Shown here piece after piece: positions 12,494 through 25,369 of a DNA stretch of 64,000 bases. Made by a program: the position numbers and the translations under genes. The DNA comes from Octopus sinensis (lineage: Eukaryota): contig NC_043014.1 of the NCBI RefSeq assembly GCF_006345805.1, positions 28,954,001 to 29,018,000 on the forward strand. The letters are read 5' to 3'. Within the stretch, counting starts at the first letter, position 1; every line of letters starts with the position of its first letter. A model generated the notes under the pieces. It searched no databases and was not told the DNA's origin. It was given only the letters and a program-made list of their open reading frames with translations.

Positions 12494-12581
<88 letters not shown>

Positions 12582-12615
12582 ACACACACATTCACACACA
12601 CACATGTACACACGT

Positions 12616-12650
<35 letters not shown>

Positions 12651-13322
12651 CACGCACACACACTCTCTCTTTTCTCCATATCTCTCTCATACATGCATGT
12701 ATATACATATAACATACCCACACCAGTTGTGATATATATATAGACACACACACACACACACACACACGCACATATATATATATATGTATGTATGTATTAT
12801 GTATGTATATGTATATATATTATGTATGTACGTCATGCGTTCATGGAGAATCCTTAATGACTCATATATGTGTATATGCTTATGTGTGCATGCATGTATA
12901 TATGTTTATATGCATATGTATGAATTCGCATGTATGTGCGTGAGTATGTGTGTGTGTGTGGTGTGTGTGTGTGTGTGTGTGTGTGTGTTCGTATAAGTCC
13001 AGCGGCCAATCTGGAGCAAATCAATAGAACGCTATCAATGGAAATATAAAACATTTTTGTATCAGTAATTTGATCTCTTTGATAAAGATAGAATTCATTA
13101 GTTTTCCATCGAAACAATCTTTTAGATATTCTTGGAATCAGCAAGCTGAAATATGCAAAACCATTGTGCACCCAGGTCAGATCTGCCTAATACATAAAAA
13201 GTGATATATGAGCCATTTTTATGAATTTAGATACGTGTGGTAGATGGTGCTGTACTAAATTACGAACGCATATCAATTGGAGAAAGAAAATATAATTTTT
13301 GTTGCAACAGTTAGAGACTTAC

Positions 13323-13418
13323 AAAAGAAACTTTATTTCACAGAAAATTGAATTTTCATGCTTCACAGGCATGGAATTCTGATTTATGCTGGCTAACACC
13401 GATGTCCATTCTTCGTTC
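13323..13418 (-). CDS. Candidate exon, unknown protein (NEEWTSVLASINQNSMPVKHENSIFCEIKFL)
   Basis: gatttaatag acceptor, TTT|gtaagt donor, 96 nt open. Confidence 0.3.
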
Positions 13419-13656
13419 CTATTAAATCTCATCAGGAAAACAAAGCTCATTTTGATTGGTAGACATAGATTATACAAATAGAAAACATGTAATAGTTTGA
13501 TAAATATAAATTGCATAATTGCAAAGCGAAACACATCAAGTGAACTATTACATTTAAGTTTCATAATTAAGATGATAATGTACCCAATGACGTATGCCAT
13601 GAATTTCTCAATATATTGAAACTGACTCTTAATTATAGAAAGAAAAAAAAATACTT

Positions 13657-13834
13657 ATTCTTTTATTCTTTTACTTGTTTCACCTTTAGTCGAACAAATC
13701 GACCCCAGGACTTAATCTTTGTAAGCCTAGTATTTATTCTATTGGTCTTTCTTGCCGAGCGGCTAAGTTACAGGGACGTAAACACACCAACATCCGTTGT
13801 CAAGCGATGGTGGGAGACAAACACACACACACAC

Positions 13835-13873
<39 letters not shown>

Positions 13874-14194
13874 AAATAAGGATAAAATCTTTATAAGAAA
13901 TTATCAGTAGTTAGCGTGAAAAACCTCGTAAGAGAAAAAATCTGTAATTTTTTTCAACTTTGAAAATACTTATTTATATTATATAGAGGGTACTATTATT
14001 CATAGGTACCGCACGCTAGGAGGGACTATTGCAGTCAAAACTACTAAAATAAACACAGGTGATATGTAACTAAATTCTGTTTTTAAATGACTCGCTTTGA
14101 AGTTTTGCATTCGGTACAATTTGTTTATTTTAGTAGTTTTGACTGCAAAAGTCCCTCCTAGCGTGCGGTACCTATGAATAATAGTACCCTCTAT

Positions 14195-14225
<31 letters not shown>

Positions 14226-14378
14226 GACGGGCTTCTTTTCAGTTTCCGTTAACCAATCCACTCACAAGGCTCGAGGCTATAGTAGAAGACACTTGCCAAA
14301 GGTGCCACGCAGTGGCACTGAATCCGGAAGCATGCGGTTGAGAAGCAAGCTTCTTACCACACAGCCACTCCTGCGCGT
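13657..14378 (-). mobile_element. SINE family A split by an insertion in its internal (TA)n
   Basis: 3' half at 13657-13835, head half at 14224-14378, foreign sequence at about 13872-14200 between them. Confidence 0.8.
13986..14191. mobile_element. MITE-like element with about 70-bp near-perfect TIRs and TA flanks
   Basis: gagggtactattattcataggtaccgcacgctaggagggact.ttgcagtcaaaactactaaaataaaca is inverted at 14122-14191 with 1 mismatch. Confidence 0.75.
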
Positions 14379-14597
14379 ATGTGGGAATTGCACCAACTGC
14401 CTTTCGGTAGTTGGTCGAACATCACAGTATAAGTAGAATCTCTGGGGTTAAAGTGATAACCTGCATGGAATATCCCTCAAACCTATCCTATAACTTTAAA
14501 ATGGAAACAAATATGTATAAAGTGATCTCCAGAAACTTTACATTCATGGAAAAAGCAAGGGCAGCCATGGATGTATCACAACCCGAATTATGTAATA

Positions 14598-15152
14598 CTA
14601 GCTCTATGACACGGCGTTGCCAGGTCCAGTGCTAGTCAAACATATTTAGTCTTTCATGAAAATCCCGCTCACTTGTCATTCACTTGGTCTAATTATTCCC
14701 TGCATTTCTAAAATCAAAAATAAGGGGGCACGCTTGAAAGCCAAAACATATGATAACGCGTCTTCGCAAAACACAAAAATGCAGTCATACACATTGTCTG
14801 CAAATGCACACGCGCATTCAACTGCGAAGGGTAAAACTATCTCCGTCCAATCAAAAAACAGCTGGCAGTCTCCCGGCCTATCTAGCTGTATGCACGCACC
14901 GCGTACAAATTTCTATGTTTTAGCGATTTTGAATGGATACGCCCATAACGTATGGGCATATGGGGTCAGTTTATCGATTTTTTAACGGCTTTCTGGGGTG
15001 ACTGGGGAAATGAAAAGATCTTTACGACCACCTTCAGACAGTTTTGAAATCCCATAGAAAATATGAGCCTTTTACGTGAAAACTGTGGATTTGTATAAAG
15101 GGCACACATACACACTAATACACAGAAATATTGCCGTTTATAGATATAGAGA
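14598..15152 (-). mobile_element. Non-autonomous Helitron
   Basis: Reverse strand: A|TCTCTATATCTATAA 5' end; 3' cctggcaacgccgtg hairpin-like motif then CTAG|T. Confidence 0.75.
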
Positions 15153-15319
15153 TGCATATAATTAGAGTGAATATTGTGTAGCTTTATTATAAAACACATA
15201 TCTTTAACCACAATCAAGTTGATACGTAAAACATTTGCCTTTGCATCCCGTACCTTGAGTTTAAACCCACTGCAAGGATATCACTGTGTATCTAACTGTT
15301 AGGAGAGGGTAGAAAGCAC

Positions 15320-15830
15320 ATCCTGAATATCGAGGCTAAACTAGATCCTGGATATCAAGACTGAATCAGATTTTGGTCATCTGATTGATTCAATTTTTAG
15401 GTATTTCTACTGAATCAGATTCTGGAGATAAAGACTGAATCAGATCCTGTTCATTAAGGCTAAATTGGACCCTGGGTAACTAGACTGAATCCTATGATGC
15501 AAAGCTAAATTGATCTCAAGATCCTAGTCATGAAGACTGAACCAGATCCTGGACAGCTAAATTGGATTTTAGATAGCTAGATTGGCACGAGATTGTAGGT
15601 ATAGAAACTAAACATGACTCTGGACAACTAGATTGAATCAAATTCTGGTTAACTAACTTGAACATCCGAGGTAGCTAAACTGGGTCAGAACTGAACTATG
15701 CCCTAATCAGCAGCGAGACTAAGTTAGAATTTGAGGATCAGACTGGAGTTGACCTTTCTTAGAGCTACAATGATCCACATCCTGGAGGGGGGGTAGGTAT
15801 ACTGAACTAAATCCATGACTTCTAGACTTG
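15320..15830. repeat. Degenerate minisatellite, about 25-bp unit (gactgaatcagatcctggatatcaa)
   Basis: actgaatc core recurs at 15359, 15408, 15433, 15483 and 15535. Confidence 0.65.
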
Positions 15831-15839
15831 GCCATCTTC

Positions 15840-16150
15840 ATTGTTGTTGTTTGTTCCTTCTTGAGCTACGCCTGGCTCATAGGGGCCGGTTTCCCGGTTT
15901 CTTTGGCGTATAAGTTCCCCACCTGGACGGGACACCGGTCCGTCGCAGGTGAGCTGCAAGATTCAGGAGGAAAGAGTGAGAGAAAGTTGTGGCGAAAGAG
16001 TCAGCAGAAGTTCGCCATTACCCTCTGCCGGAGCCGCGTGGAGCTTAGGTGTTTCGCTCATAAACACACACATCGCCCGGTCTGAGATTCGAACCGGTTA
16101 TCCATCGTCCGAGAGCCCGCTGCTCTAACCACTAAGCCATGTGCCTCCAC
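15840..16150 (-). mobile_element. SINE head C plus tail 1
   Basis: Matches 47695-47990 and 49545-49850. Confidence 0.85.
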
Positions 16151-16513
16151 TTCTTCATTGTGATGTAAAAACATTTTCTCATTCCAGAATGACACCAGTC
16201 GTGTTAGCCCTTGTTTACCATATTCTGTCATGTTTTGGTTGATGTCGGAATCAGAGGCTTTTATTTTTCCATTTGTCTTTTTGTCTTGTTTTTTTATTTT
16301 TTGTATTTTCTTATTTCTATAGATTTCACTGAGTTTTTATTCATGTTGTGACAGACACTTTCTATAATATACGTCTGAAACAAATTTGCAGTTCACCCAT
16401 CATCGCATCTCTTTGGCAAAAAATTTGCACGAACTAGTTTATTTCATCAAATCGCTGTAATAGAGAAGAATGTTTTACAGTTTACCATATTTGTGACATA
16501 TTTAAGCTATTAC

Positions 16514-16567
<54 letters not shown>

Positions 16568-16589
16568 TCTCTCCTTATATACAAGGCAG

Positions 16590-16935
16590 GGGGCAGTCTT
16601 CGTAGAGAAGCTCACCGATAACTTTCACACTATGTAGCAACAGGAATTTGTTCCTCGGGAGCTCAAAGATGCTTTATTGTCTGTCCATCTCCACAAGAGA
16701 CCTCGAACCGAGTAGTCCTGTAACAACCACTGAGGAATTTCTCTCCTTGTCATCGCCTGCAAGATACTCGCAAGAGTTCTCCTTAACGTCCTCACTCAGC
16801 ACATGGAAGACAGGCATCTACAAGAAAGTCAGTGTGTTTTTAGAGAGGGGTGGGACGGTCGATATGATCTTTGCCGCACGCCAACTTCAGAAGAAGTGCT
16901 AGGAACAGAACCGAGTCTTATACTTGATTTATAAA
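16590..16935 (+). mobile_element. RTE-clade LINE RT fragment
   Basis: GISLLVIACKILARVLLNVL...LQESQC.F..G..TVDMIFAARQLQKKC.EQNR, BovB/RTE RT domains 1-2 with stops. Confidence 0.85.
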
Positions 16936-16988
16936 TGATTTATAAATGACGGTCTCATGTATTTTACTTGCTGGTTCATTGCTTGCAG

Positions 16989-17034
16989 GATATTCTTTCT
17001 TGAATACTTCTCACATTTCTGTGCTGATAATAAG
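16989..17034 (+). CDS. Candidate exon, unknown protein (IFFLEYFSHFCADNK)
   Basis: ttcattgcttgcag acceptor, AAG|gtaata donor, open, phase 2 to 0. Confidence 0.4.
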
Positions 17035-17404
17035 GTAATACGAACCAATTAAAATGTTTTGTAATATTTATGCGAATATTTTTATTCATTTCCAAATTCT
17101 GAGGGCTGTTTCCATGGGCACTCATGATGCTGTAAATAGCAACCAACCTTCACACAAAGAATAATACTCTATCGTCTAACAAAAAAGAAACAAAAAAAGA
17201 CTATAGGATTCCTCAGTCAGATAAACGATAACATCAAAGAAAAGTGAAGTGATTTGCGCGGTTATTTCCTATATCTCCCATCTAATGAGACTAAAGCAAA
17301 ATTATGAGAGCGTTTAGGAATCACTTAAAGAAATATCACAGGGTGTGTCATGGGGATAAACGAGAAATATAGCAAGAATTGCCGATTCCCCACCCCTTCT
17401 CGAC

Positions 17405-17762
17405 CACCTCTTCATCCTCATCGTTATCACCATCATCATCACCACCGCCATTATCATCATCATCATCATCGTCGTCGTCGTCGTCGTCATCATCATCATC
17501 ATCGCCATCATCAAGACTATCATCATCATCGTCATCATCATTATCATCATCATCATCATCACCATCATCATCATCCTCATCATCACCATCATCCTCATCC
17601 TCATCACCATCGTCATCACCATCATCATCATCGTCAACATCATTATCATCGTCATCATCATCATCGTCAACATCATTATCATCGTCATCATCATCATCAT
17701 CACCATAATCATCATCATCGTCATCATCATTATCATTGTCGTCATCATCATCACCATCGTCG

Positions 17763-17795
<33 letters not shown>

Positions 17796-17854
17796 CCATC
17801 ATCACCATCATCATCACCGTCATCATCATCATCACCATCATCGTCATCATCGTC

Positions 17855-17907
<53 letters not shown>

Positions 17908-17974
17908 TATCATCGTCATAATCATCATCATCCCCGTCATCATCACCGTCATCATCATCATCACCATCATCGTT

Positions 17975-18005
<31 letters not shown>

Positions 18006-18128
18006 CCATCATCATCGTCATCATCATCATCATCATAGTCATCGTCATCATTATTATCATCATCATTGTTATCGTCATCGTCATCATTATCGTCGTCGTC
18101 GTCGTCATCATTGTCATTATCGTCATCA
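17405..18128. repeat. Long compound (CAT/CGT/CAC)n trinucleotide repeat
   Basis: About 720 bp of interrupted ATC repeat; produces the poly-H/S/D/M ORFs. Confidence 0.9.
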
Positions 18129-19435
18129 TACATTTTTCTTATCTTGTATGGTGGAATATGAGAACTGTTAGAGTGCTACACTGAATGCCTGGCAATATCT
18201 AGTTGTTACCTATGTGTTTTTGGCATTTGCTCCCTTTGTGTAAGGGTCAATAAGAGAGAGACAGCGATTATGTTGGCTTTCACCTATTTCCATCTCTCGC
18301 ATAATTATAACCTTGTACGAAAATTTAGAAATCTTTTATAATCTTCGTCACTATTATCAGGATTAAAAAATAAGACAGACTCCCTTAGGGAGGAAAACAA
18401 GAAGAATAAAAACATAGAAAAACGTTAATTAGATCCGACCTGACAATATTCATCTCCGCATCGTCCGTCTGTTGCAACTGGTAGAAAAACTCGTGTTAAA
18501 GATAAGACAAAAGCGAAAAGCAGCTTTCAAGACAGAAACAAATCTCAAACTACTTACGTGAAGAACACAACTGTAACAATAACAAATGAAGGCAAAGTAA
18601 ATATAAACAGACTGTCTTCTAAAATTCTTTTTTTGTTTTTAATGTCAGTTTTGACTAAAATAAAGAAGGCCTTTGGAGTGTTTATGTCTGGATGTTATTA
18701 TTGTTGTAGTTACTGATGTTGTGCTGGGGTGGGTAGGGTGGAGTGATACTGGAGAAGCAAATTTCGTTATTCAAAGTTGGTTTTCTTTATGTTTGCAAAG
18801 GAACTGTCAAACAGAGATTCTTTCCTTCTTTTCTTTTGCGAACGGATTTCTTCCAAGACAATGTTCCATTTTCAGTTTTCTTCAATTGTTTTATTTTTGC
18901 TGGTTTTATTATTTTTTTATATTTTTTTTTTTAGGGGGCAGGGGTTTTCTCATTTTTGTAAATCTGTCTCTTCGTGCTAATTTGTTTCTTGTTTTCTTCT
19001 GCGCTTCTTGTCTTATCTGTCGTCTGAATTCCGTTACACATCTACAACCATTACAACACCAACAACATTCACAAAAACAACAAGGAGAACAACGGCAAGA
19101 GCAACAATAACAACAAATTCATGCTCGAGAGAAACAACAGCAAAGTTGTTAAGAAAGAGTTTGCAATTATTTTGACTTCGTTTGTAGAAATTAGCAATAT
19201 ACTTAGATTTAATTAGATTAGAATCCTTTGGGAGGTTTATTTATCTTCTTATTTTTCCTTTATTTTCATATTTAGTTTCCGCTTTATAAGCTGACAAGAA
19301 TCAACAATAGCCCGTTATATACGAAGTAAGAAAAATATTCAAACAGACAATAATATTACGATTGATGACGAAAAATATTTACAGAATAGATAAAACTATG
19401 TACGTGTGTGTGAGAGTGCATTTATATACATATAC

Positions 19436-19491
<56 letters not shown>

Positions 19492-19700
19492 TATATATAT
19501 TACATATATATATATATATATAATAATAAATATTAGGGAATAAATCCAAATTTACAGGGAAAAAAATCAGATTTAGGATTAAATCCAATTTTATAGTAAA
19601 ATATTATAAAATATTATTAGAGACAAAACCACTATTTTGCAAAACAAACAAGGAAAGACTTAATCAATACATAAAATTTTAATAAATAGTCAAAAAATAG

Positions 19701-19748
<48 letters not shown>

Positions 19749-19837
19749 ATGTGTGTGTGTATACATATATACACGTGTATAGTGTGTGTGTGTGTGTATA
19801 TATACATATATAGGTATACACACACACACACACACAT

Positions 19838-20692
19838 ATGTAAAGTGTCTGATCAATAAGTATCCGGACTGTTAGGACAGTAATGAAGCGCGCAGAGTAA
19901 AGCCATTTGGCGCAGATTGACCTTAAACTCTGTTGTGCCCGTGCACTATGTTTTAACGTTCTAGCTCATTTCCACTCTTTACAGCAGTGCTTGGAAGGAA
20001 CTTGTGTAGCATGTGATTGTCGCATTGACCGTTACAGAGAAAGCTGTCAGGAGAATACGCAAAGTTTCACAAAGTGTATGGGGAGATTGTATAAACCGCA
20101 CATAATTGAACGAGTGGTTCAGAGTTTTCCAAGATGGCCAAAAATGTCGCTATTGGCGGACGTTCTGGGTGACTCGTAACCAGTAGAACTGAGAAAAACA
20201 CCGCAGATATACGTGCAGCTGTGAGGGGAAATCGTCGAATCACCTGTGAGTTATCAGATGATGTGCAGATTAGTTACGGTCCAGTTCAGTCCATTACTGC
20301 TGAACATATGGGTATGAGACGCGTGTCTAACAAGTTTGTGCCAAAACTGCTTTCACCTGACCAAAAAGACACTCGGGTTTCAGTTGCACAAGTTTTCCTT
20401 CATTGGGTCGAGAACGGTGAACATTTTTGAGTCGGGCCCTGAGCAGGTATCGCTAAGCTTTTGGCAAAATTCGATGCACATTCCCTGCTCTATCATGGTC
20501 AATGCAACGATCACACGTTACATCTCTTCCTTCCAAGCACTACTGTAAACAGAGGAAGTGAGGTAGAACGTTAAAGCTTAATGCGAATGCACAACGGATT
20601 TCAAGTCAATCTGTGCTAAGCGGCTTTACTTTGCTGTGTTTTAGCATCGTTACTATGGCAACAGTCCAAATACTTGTTGATGAGACCACGTA
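19838..20692 (+). mobile_element. Internally deleted mariner element with long TIRs
   Basis: Ends ..gtctgatcaataagtatccggactgt / acagtccaaatacttgttgatgagaccacgta, arms about 160 bp; transposase remnant GRSG..TSRTEKN...NRRIT.ELSDDVQISYG.VQSI..EHMGMRRVSNKFVPKLL (WVPHEL-equivalent motif). Confidence 0.85.
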
Positions 20693-20695
20693 TAC

Positions 20696-20726
<31 letters not shown>

Positions 20727-20774
20727 GGGTATATATATATATGTATATATACATGTGTATATATATATATGTGA

Positions 20775-20817
<43 letters not shown>

Positions 20818-20829
<12 letters not shown>

Positions 20830-21879
20830 CCTGCTCGCTTAGCCAGCGGAGTGGCGTCATTTGAAGGCTAAAACAATGCAAAGCGCATTGTGACCAGCGA
20901 TGTGTAGCAACATCTGATAGTCTGGTCAGTCACGGTGATCACGGTGATATATATATACATATATATATATATTAATAATACGTTAAAAAAGTGTGTTATT
21001 GTCTAGGATATTCTTACGAGCCAGCAGAAACTTTAAAACGCCGAAAATTATGCTTACCGGCATTTCGTCCCTCTTTACGTTCTGAGTTCAACATTCAAAG
21101 AGATCGACTTTAGCATTCATCCTTTTCATTTTACATAATATTTGTACTATCTAAAACATTGGTTTTACATTTTGGCGCAAGACTAGAAATTTAAGTCAAT
21201 TACTTCGACCCTAGAGTTCAAGTATCATTTATTTTATCGATCTCAAAAGGATGAATGCTAAAGTCGATCTCTTTGAATGTTGAACTCAGAACGTAAAGAG
21301 GGACGAAATGCCGGTAAGCATAATTTTCGGCGTTTTAAAGTTTCTGCTGGCTCGTAAGAATATCCTAGACAATAACACACTTTTTTAACGTATTATTAAT
21401 ATATATATATATGTATATATATATCACCGTGATCACCGTGACTGACCAGACTATCAGATGTTGCTACACATCGCTGGTCACAATGCGCTTTGCATTGTTT
21501 TAGGCTTCAAATGACGCCACTCCGCTGGCTAAGCGAGCAGGCCAATATATATAGTCTGGTCAGTCACGGTGATCACGGTGATATATATATACATATATAT
21601 ATATTAATAATACGTTAAAAAAGTGTGTTATTGTCTAGGATATTCTTACGAGCCAGCAGAAACTTTAAAACGCCGAAAATTATGCTTACCGGCATTTCGT
21701 CCCTCTTTACGTTCTGAGTTCAACATTCAAAGAGATCGACTTTAGCATTCATCCTTTTGGGATCGATAAAATAAATGATACTTGAACTCTAGGGTCGAAG
21801 TAATTGACTTAAATTTCTAGTCTTGCGCCAAAATGTAAAACCAATGTTTTAGATAGTACAAATATTATGTAAAATGAAA
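20818..21879. repeat. Local inverted triplication (forward-inverted-forward)
   Basis: 20818-21126 forward; 21124-21553 reverse complement of the whole unit; 21551-21879 forward; near-identical. Confidence 0.9.
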
Positions 21880-22873
21880 TCGGTAAAAAGTTCAATTGAG
21901 GGGGTGGAAATATTTATTGTATCAAAAGTTGAGTTTTGCACTGCACAAAACTCAGAGTAGTCTGTCAAATTTTTTTGTATAAAATAATATAAGAATCAGC
22001 AGTACATGTTCCCTTAGTCGGTTCTATCCTCATATGTGGGTATGTGAGGCGGATTCGCTTGTCTGATCAACTGAAGCACCAGTTCCTTTAACGCGTGCTT
22101 TCAACATAATTCTTGAGCGGATTTACTTTGATACAATGTCTGACAAAAATGTACAATTTTTAGATACCGATGCAATCTACTCGAAAGACTGCTATACAGT
22201 TTACGTAAAGTAAAGGTCGACCCCAGGCTACGGAAAATGACACTTACCTAAGATACCGCACAGTGAGATTCAACGCACGACCTCGAAATGGCAAAGTGGG
22301 CTTCTTAACTATTTAGCTACGTGCACCTAGACATACTCAACACACATAAATACATGTGAATACGTAAGTATATATATATATATGTACATGTGTGTGTATG
22401 CTTATATGTATTTATATCTACACACACGCACACACACACACACACACATATATAATTTTGCATAATTATTCAATTATATTGTATATTTCTATTCGAGCTA
22501 AATAAAGAGTGATTGTAACTTTAATTGTTCATCGGCATTGGTTCGACAGATGCCACATTTAGCACCCTGGAATATCCGTCCTGCTCTTGAATGCATAGTC
22601 TTTCAAAACAATTAGTAAAAGCATTATACAGGCAACAAAGTCGTATCCACTTGCAAGTGACAGGCTGTAGTAATTCCTGCTTTCTGCTAATTCCCAGATT
22701 TATTCATACATATACGTATGAATATATATATTTGTATATATAAAAGCAGGATGTGTGTGTGTGTACGTGAATGTAATTTATGCACGTCCACAAATTAGCA
22801 CGCATGTTGCTCCAATTTTAGCAGAACATTCGTCATGACCCTAGCTGTATTTTCATCAACTTATTTTCCCCAG

Positions 22874-22980
22874 AGGCGCCAACGAATAGCAGTAAAAATA
22901 AATTTCCAACCAAAACAATTTTCAAGTCGGAGAAACCACCATTGTTCACAAATAGGAGTTAAGTCCCCTTCTAGCAACGA
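22874..22980 (+). CDS. Candidate exon, unknown protein (RRQRIAVKINFQPKQFSSRRNHHCSQIGVKSPSSN)
   Basis: Strong acceptor caacttattttccccag and donor CGA|gtaagt; only frame 0 open, phase matches the 16989 exon. Confidence 0.45.
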
Positions 22981-23097
22981 GTAAGTTTTCGATAAGTGTT
23001 TTGTTGATATACGGGCAACACACAAACACACACACACACGCACACGAGAATGCATGTAATAGGTGTACGTACGTACGTGTGTGTATGTGTGTGTTGC

Positions 23098-23099
<2 letters not shown>

Positions 23100-23136
<37 letters not shown>

Positions 23137-23262
23137 AATTTCAACGGATTTCGCCCAAATTTGATGTTGATGTTGATGTTACTTAGTTTGGTTTGAAATA
23201 TAGAACTTGATTAGCTTAATAATCCTAATTTAATTCCTGGCAAAGCTAGGTTATACTGCTAG
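23100..23262 (+). mobile_element. Short Helitron remnant
   Basis: cctggcaaagctagg hairpin-like motif then CTAG|T at 23259-23263. Confidence 0.5.
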
Positions 23263-23689
23263 TGTCTTCTATAGGGATGTATTCGTATATGCATGCTTGT
23301 GATTATAAATGTATATGCAAACTCACCCCACACCCCACATACGTAATGTATCAATGAGTCTATATTTGCATTTGTATACACACACACGCGCGACGGTGTT
23401 CATTTAGTTTCCGTCTACCAAATCCACTCACAATGCTTTAGTCAGCCCGAAGCTTTGGTAGAAGACACTTGCCCAAGTGCCACACAGTGGGACTGAATCC
23501 AGAACCATGTGGCTCGTAAGCAAGCTACTTACCACAAGCCAGTCATATATATATAATATTTATATATATAAGAAATATAATGTATTTATAATATATATAA
23601 TATATATATTATATATATTACATATATATATGATATACATATAATATAATATATATATATATATGTATGTATATATGTATGTGTGTATG

Positions 23690-23800
23690 TATGGTATTTC
23701 ATGTTTATGTCTTGTAACATCCTGTAGCCATATATGCATACCTATATACATATATACGTATGTATGTCAATACATGCATATATATATATATGTATGTATA

Positions 23801-23859
<59 letters not shown>

Positions 23860-24540
23860 TATATTATTATTTGATTGAACGCCACGCATCCATTTCCAAG
23901 TAAGTTTTTTCTTAATATAATTGATGCGACTCTCTCCTACTCCTTCGTTTACTGTTCTCCACTATCTCTGTCTCCCTTTCCTTTCTCTCTCATCCTTTCG
24001 CTAATTCTTTTTCTCTCCCCTTTACCCATCACCCTTTCTACCCGTCTGTCCCCCTCTCTCTCCCTCTTCATCCGTTACTCCCTCTCGTTGCTCACACGTG
24101 ACCATCAACCATCTTTCCTTTGCTCACGTGACCATCCTTCTTTTCCTTTACGCCTTTGCGCAGTTCAAACGCATTCGTATCTTTCTACTCTCTTTTCCCT
24201 AATCAAAGAACTCTCTTCCAGCGTTCGCCATCTTAACTCGTCTGAGCCTAACGGCCCTCCCTGTTTGTATTGGTTTCGTTTGGTTTGGTATATGTCCTGT
24301 TTTTGTTACCAACTTTAACCCTCCGCAAATCGGCAATTTTTTTTATTTCGGTTCGCGGGAGCAAGTGCCTTCAAATTCTTATCTTGTCGATTGATTGCTT
24401 GAAATAAGGATTAGATGAACAGCCGACAACTGATGATGGTTTTTTTATGTTACTTCGTATTTCATGTTTGTTATGTCTTGTGACGTCCTGTACCCATATT
24501 TGCATACCTATATGAATATATACATATGTATGTCTAAATA

Positions 24541-24570
<30 letters not shown>
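23690..24570 (+). mobile_element. Penelope-like unit bounded by direct repeats
   Basis: tatttcatgttt..atgtcttgt.ac.tcctgta.ccatat.tgcatacctatat occurs at about 23695 and 24460, flanking a pyrimidine-rich body. Confidence 0.6.
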
Positions 24571-24580
<10 letters not shown>

Positions 24581-24681
24581 TAAAAACGGTAAGATAACAA
24601 AAGAAAGAAAGAGACCTCAATATTATGTAAATAGAGGAAATTTATCTATAAAATAATATGTTACAATTACTGAATAGTCAA

Positions 24682-24742
24682 GATAAAACTCTGAGTTTCA
24701 GATGCCGAAGTGGAAATCCACAACATCATCTCTTCGGTTATC
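24682..24742 (-). ncRNA. Type I hammerhead ribozyme motif, CCGAAGA core variant
   Basis: GAUAA-CCGAAGA-GAUG...CAUC-U-GAAAC-UCAGAGUU|UUAUC: 5-bp stem I, palindromic stem III ACUC-A-GAGU. Confidence 0.6.
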
Positions 24743-25369
24743 TGGCCATCTGAAAAACGCTATAAAAAAATACCGTTATATAAAGGGAAATTACTGTGTT
24801 ATAATCCTGCTACTTATATAAAATAAGATTAAAAGTTCATAGTAAACACGTAAACATGGCTAGTCATACGCTCACATGTGCGCTCGCGGACCCACGTGCG
24901 TACTTATACGTCACTATGAAAACGTACACATCTTCACTCGCATTTTTCGCCAAATATATACGCATATATATACAAACTCATACACACACACGTGCGTACC
25001 GTGTTCATACATACGTCTATATACGCACAAGCACAAGAAAAACCATGGTTAAAGGTTTATAAAAACTTGAGGATAAAATCTACGTTAGATTATATCAGGT
25101 AGTTAGCATGCAATCAAATGGTTATGGTAAAATTAATCAATTCATAAATTGATATATAAAATTATATATCAGGGGCAAACACGTACGTATACGAGTCGCC
25201 TACACGCTATAAGGAGATGCCAATGTCTGAAAACTACCTAACATACCATATAGATTCAGATGAATGTGGTACTTAAATTGAGGCACCAGAATTTAGTACG
25301 GTATTATCTATACAATTTCAAAATAAGGTGATTAATATCAAAATAAACAACAAGGATATCCAGAGGTAA

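Noticed and set aside
15320-15830. CRISPR-like periodic array
   Set aside because: Units are contiguous and degenerate with no unique spacers, no cas genes, and a eukaryotic context
17314-18171. Histidine-rich or acidic biomineralisation-type protein
   Set aside because: All frames are repeat-derived with no unique flanking coding sequence or signal peptide; kept only as a repeat
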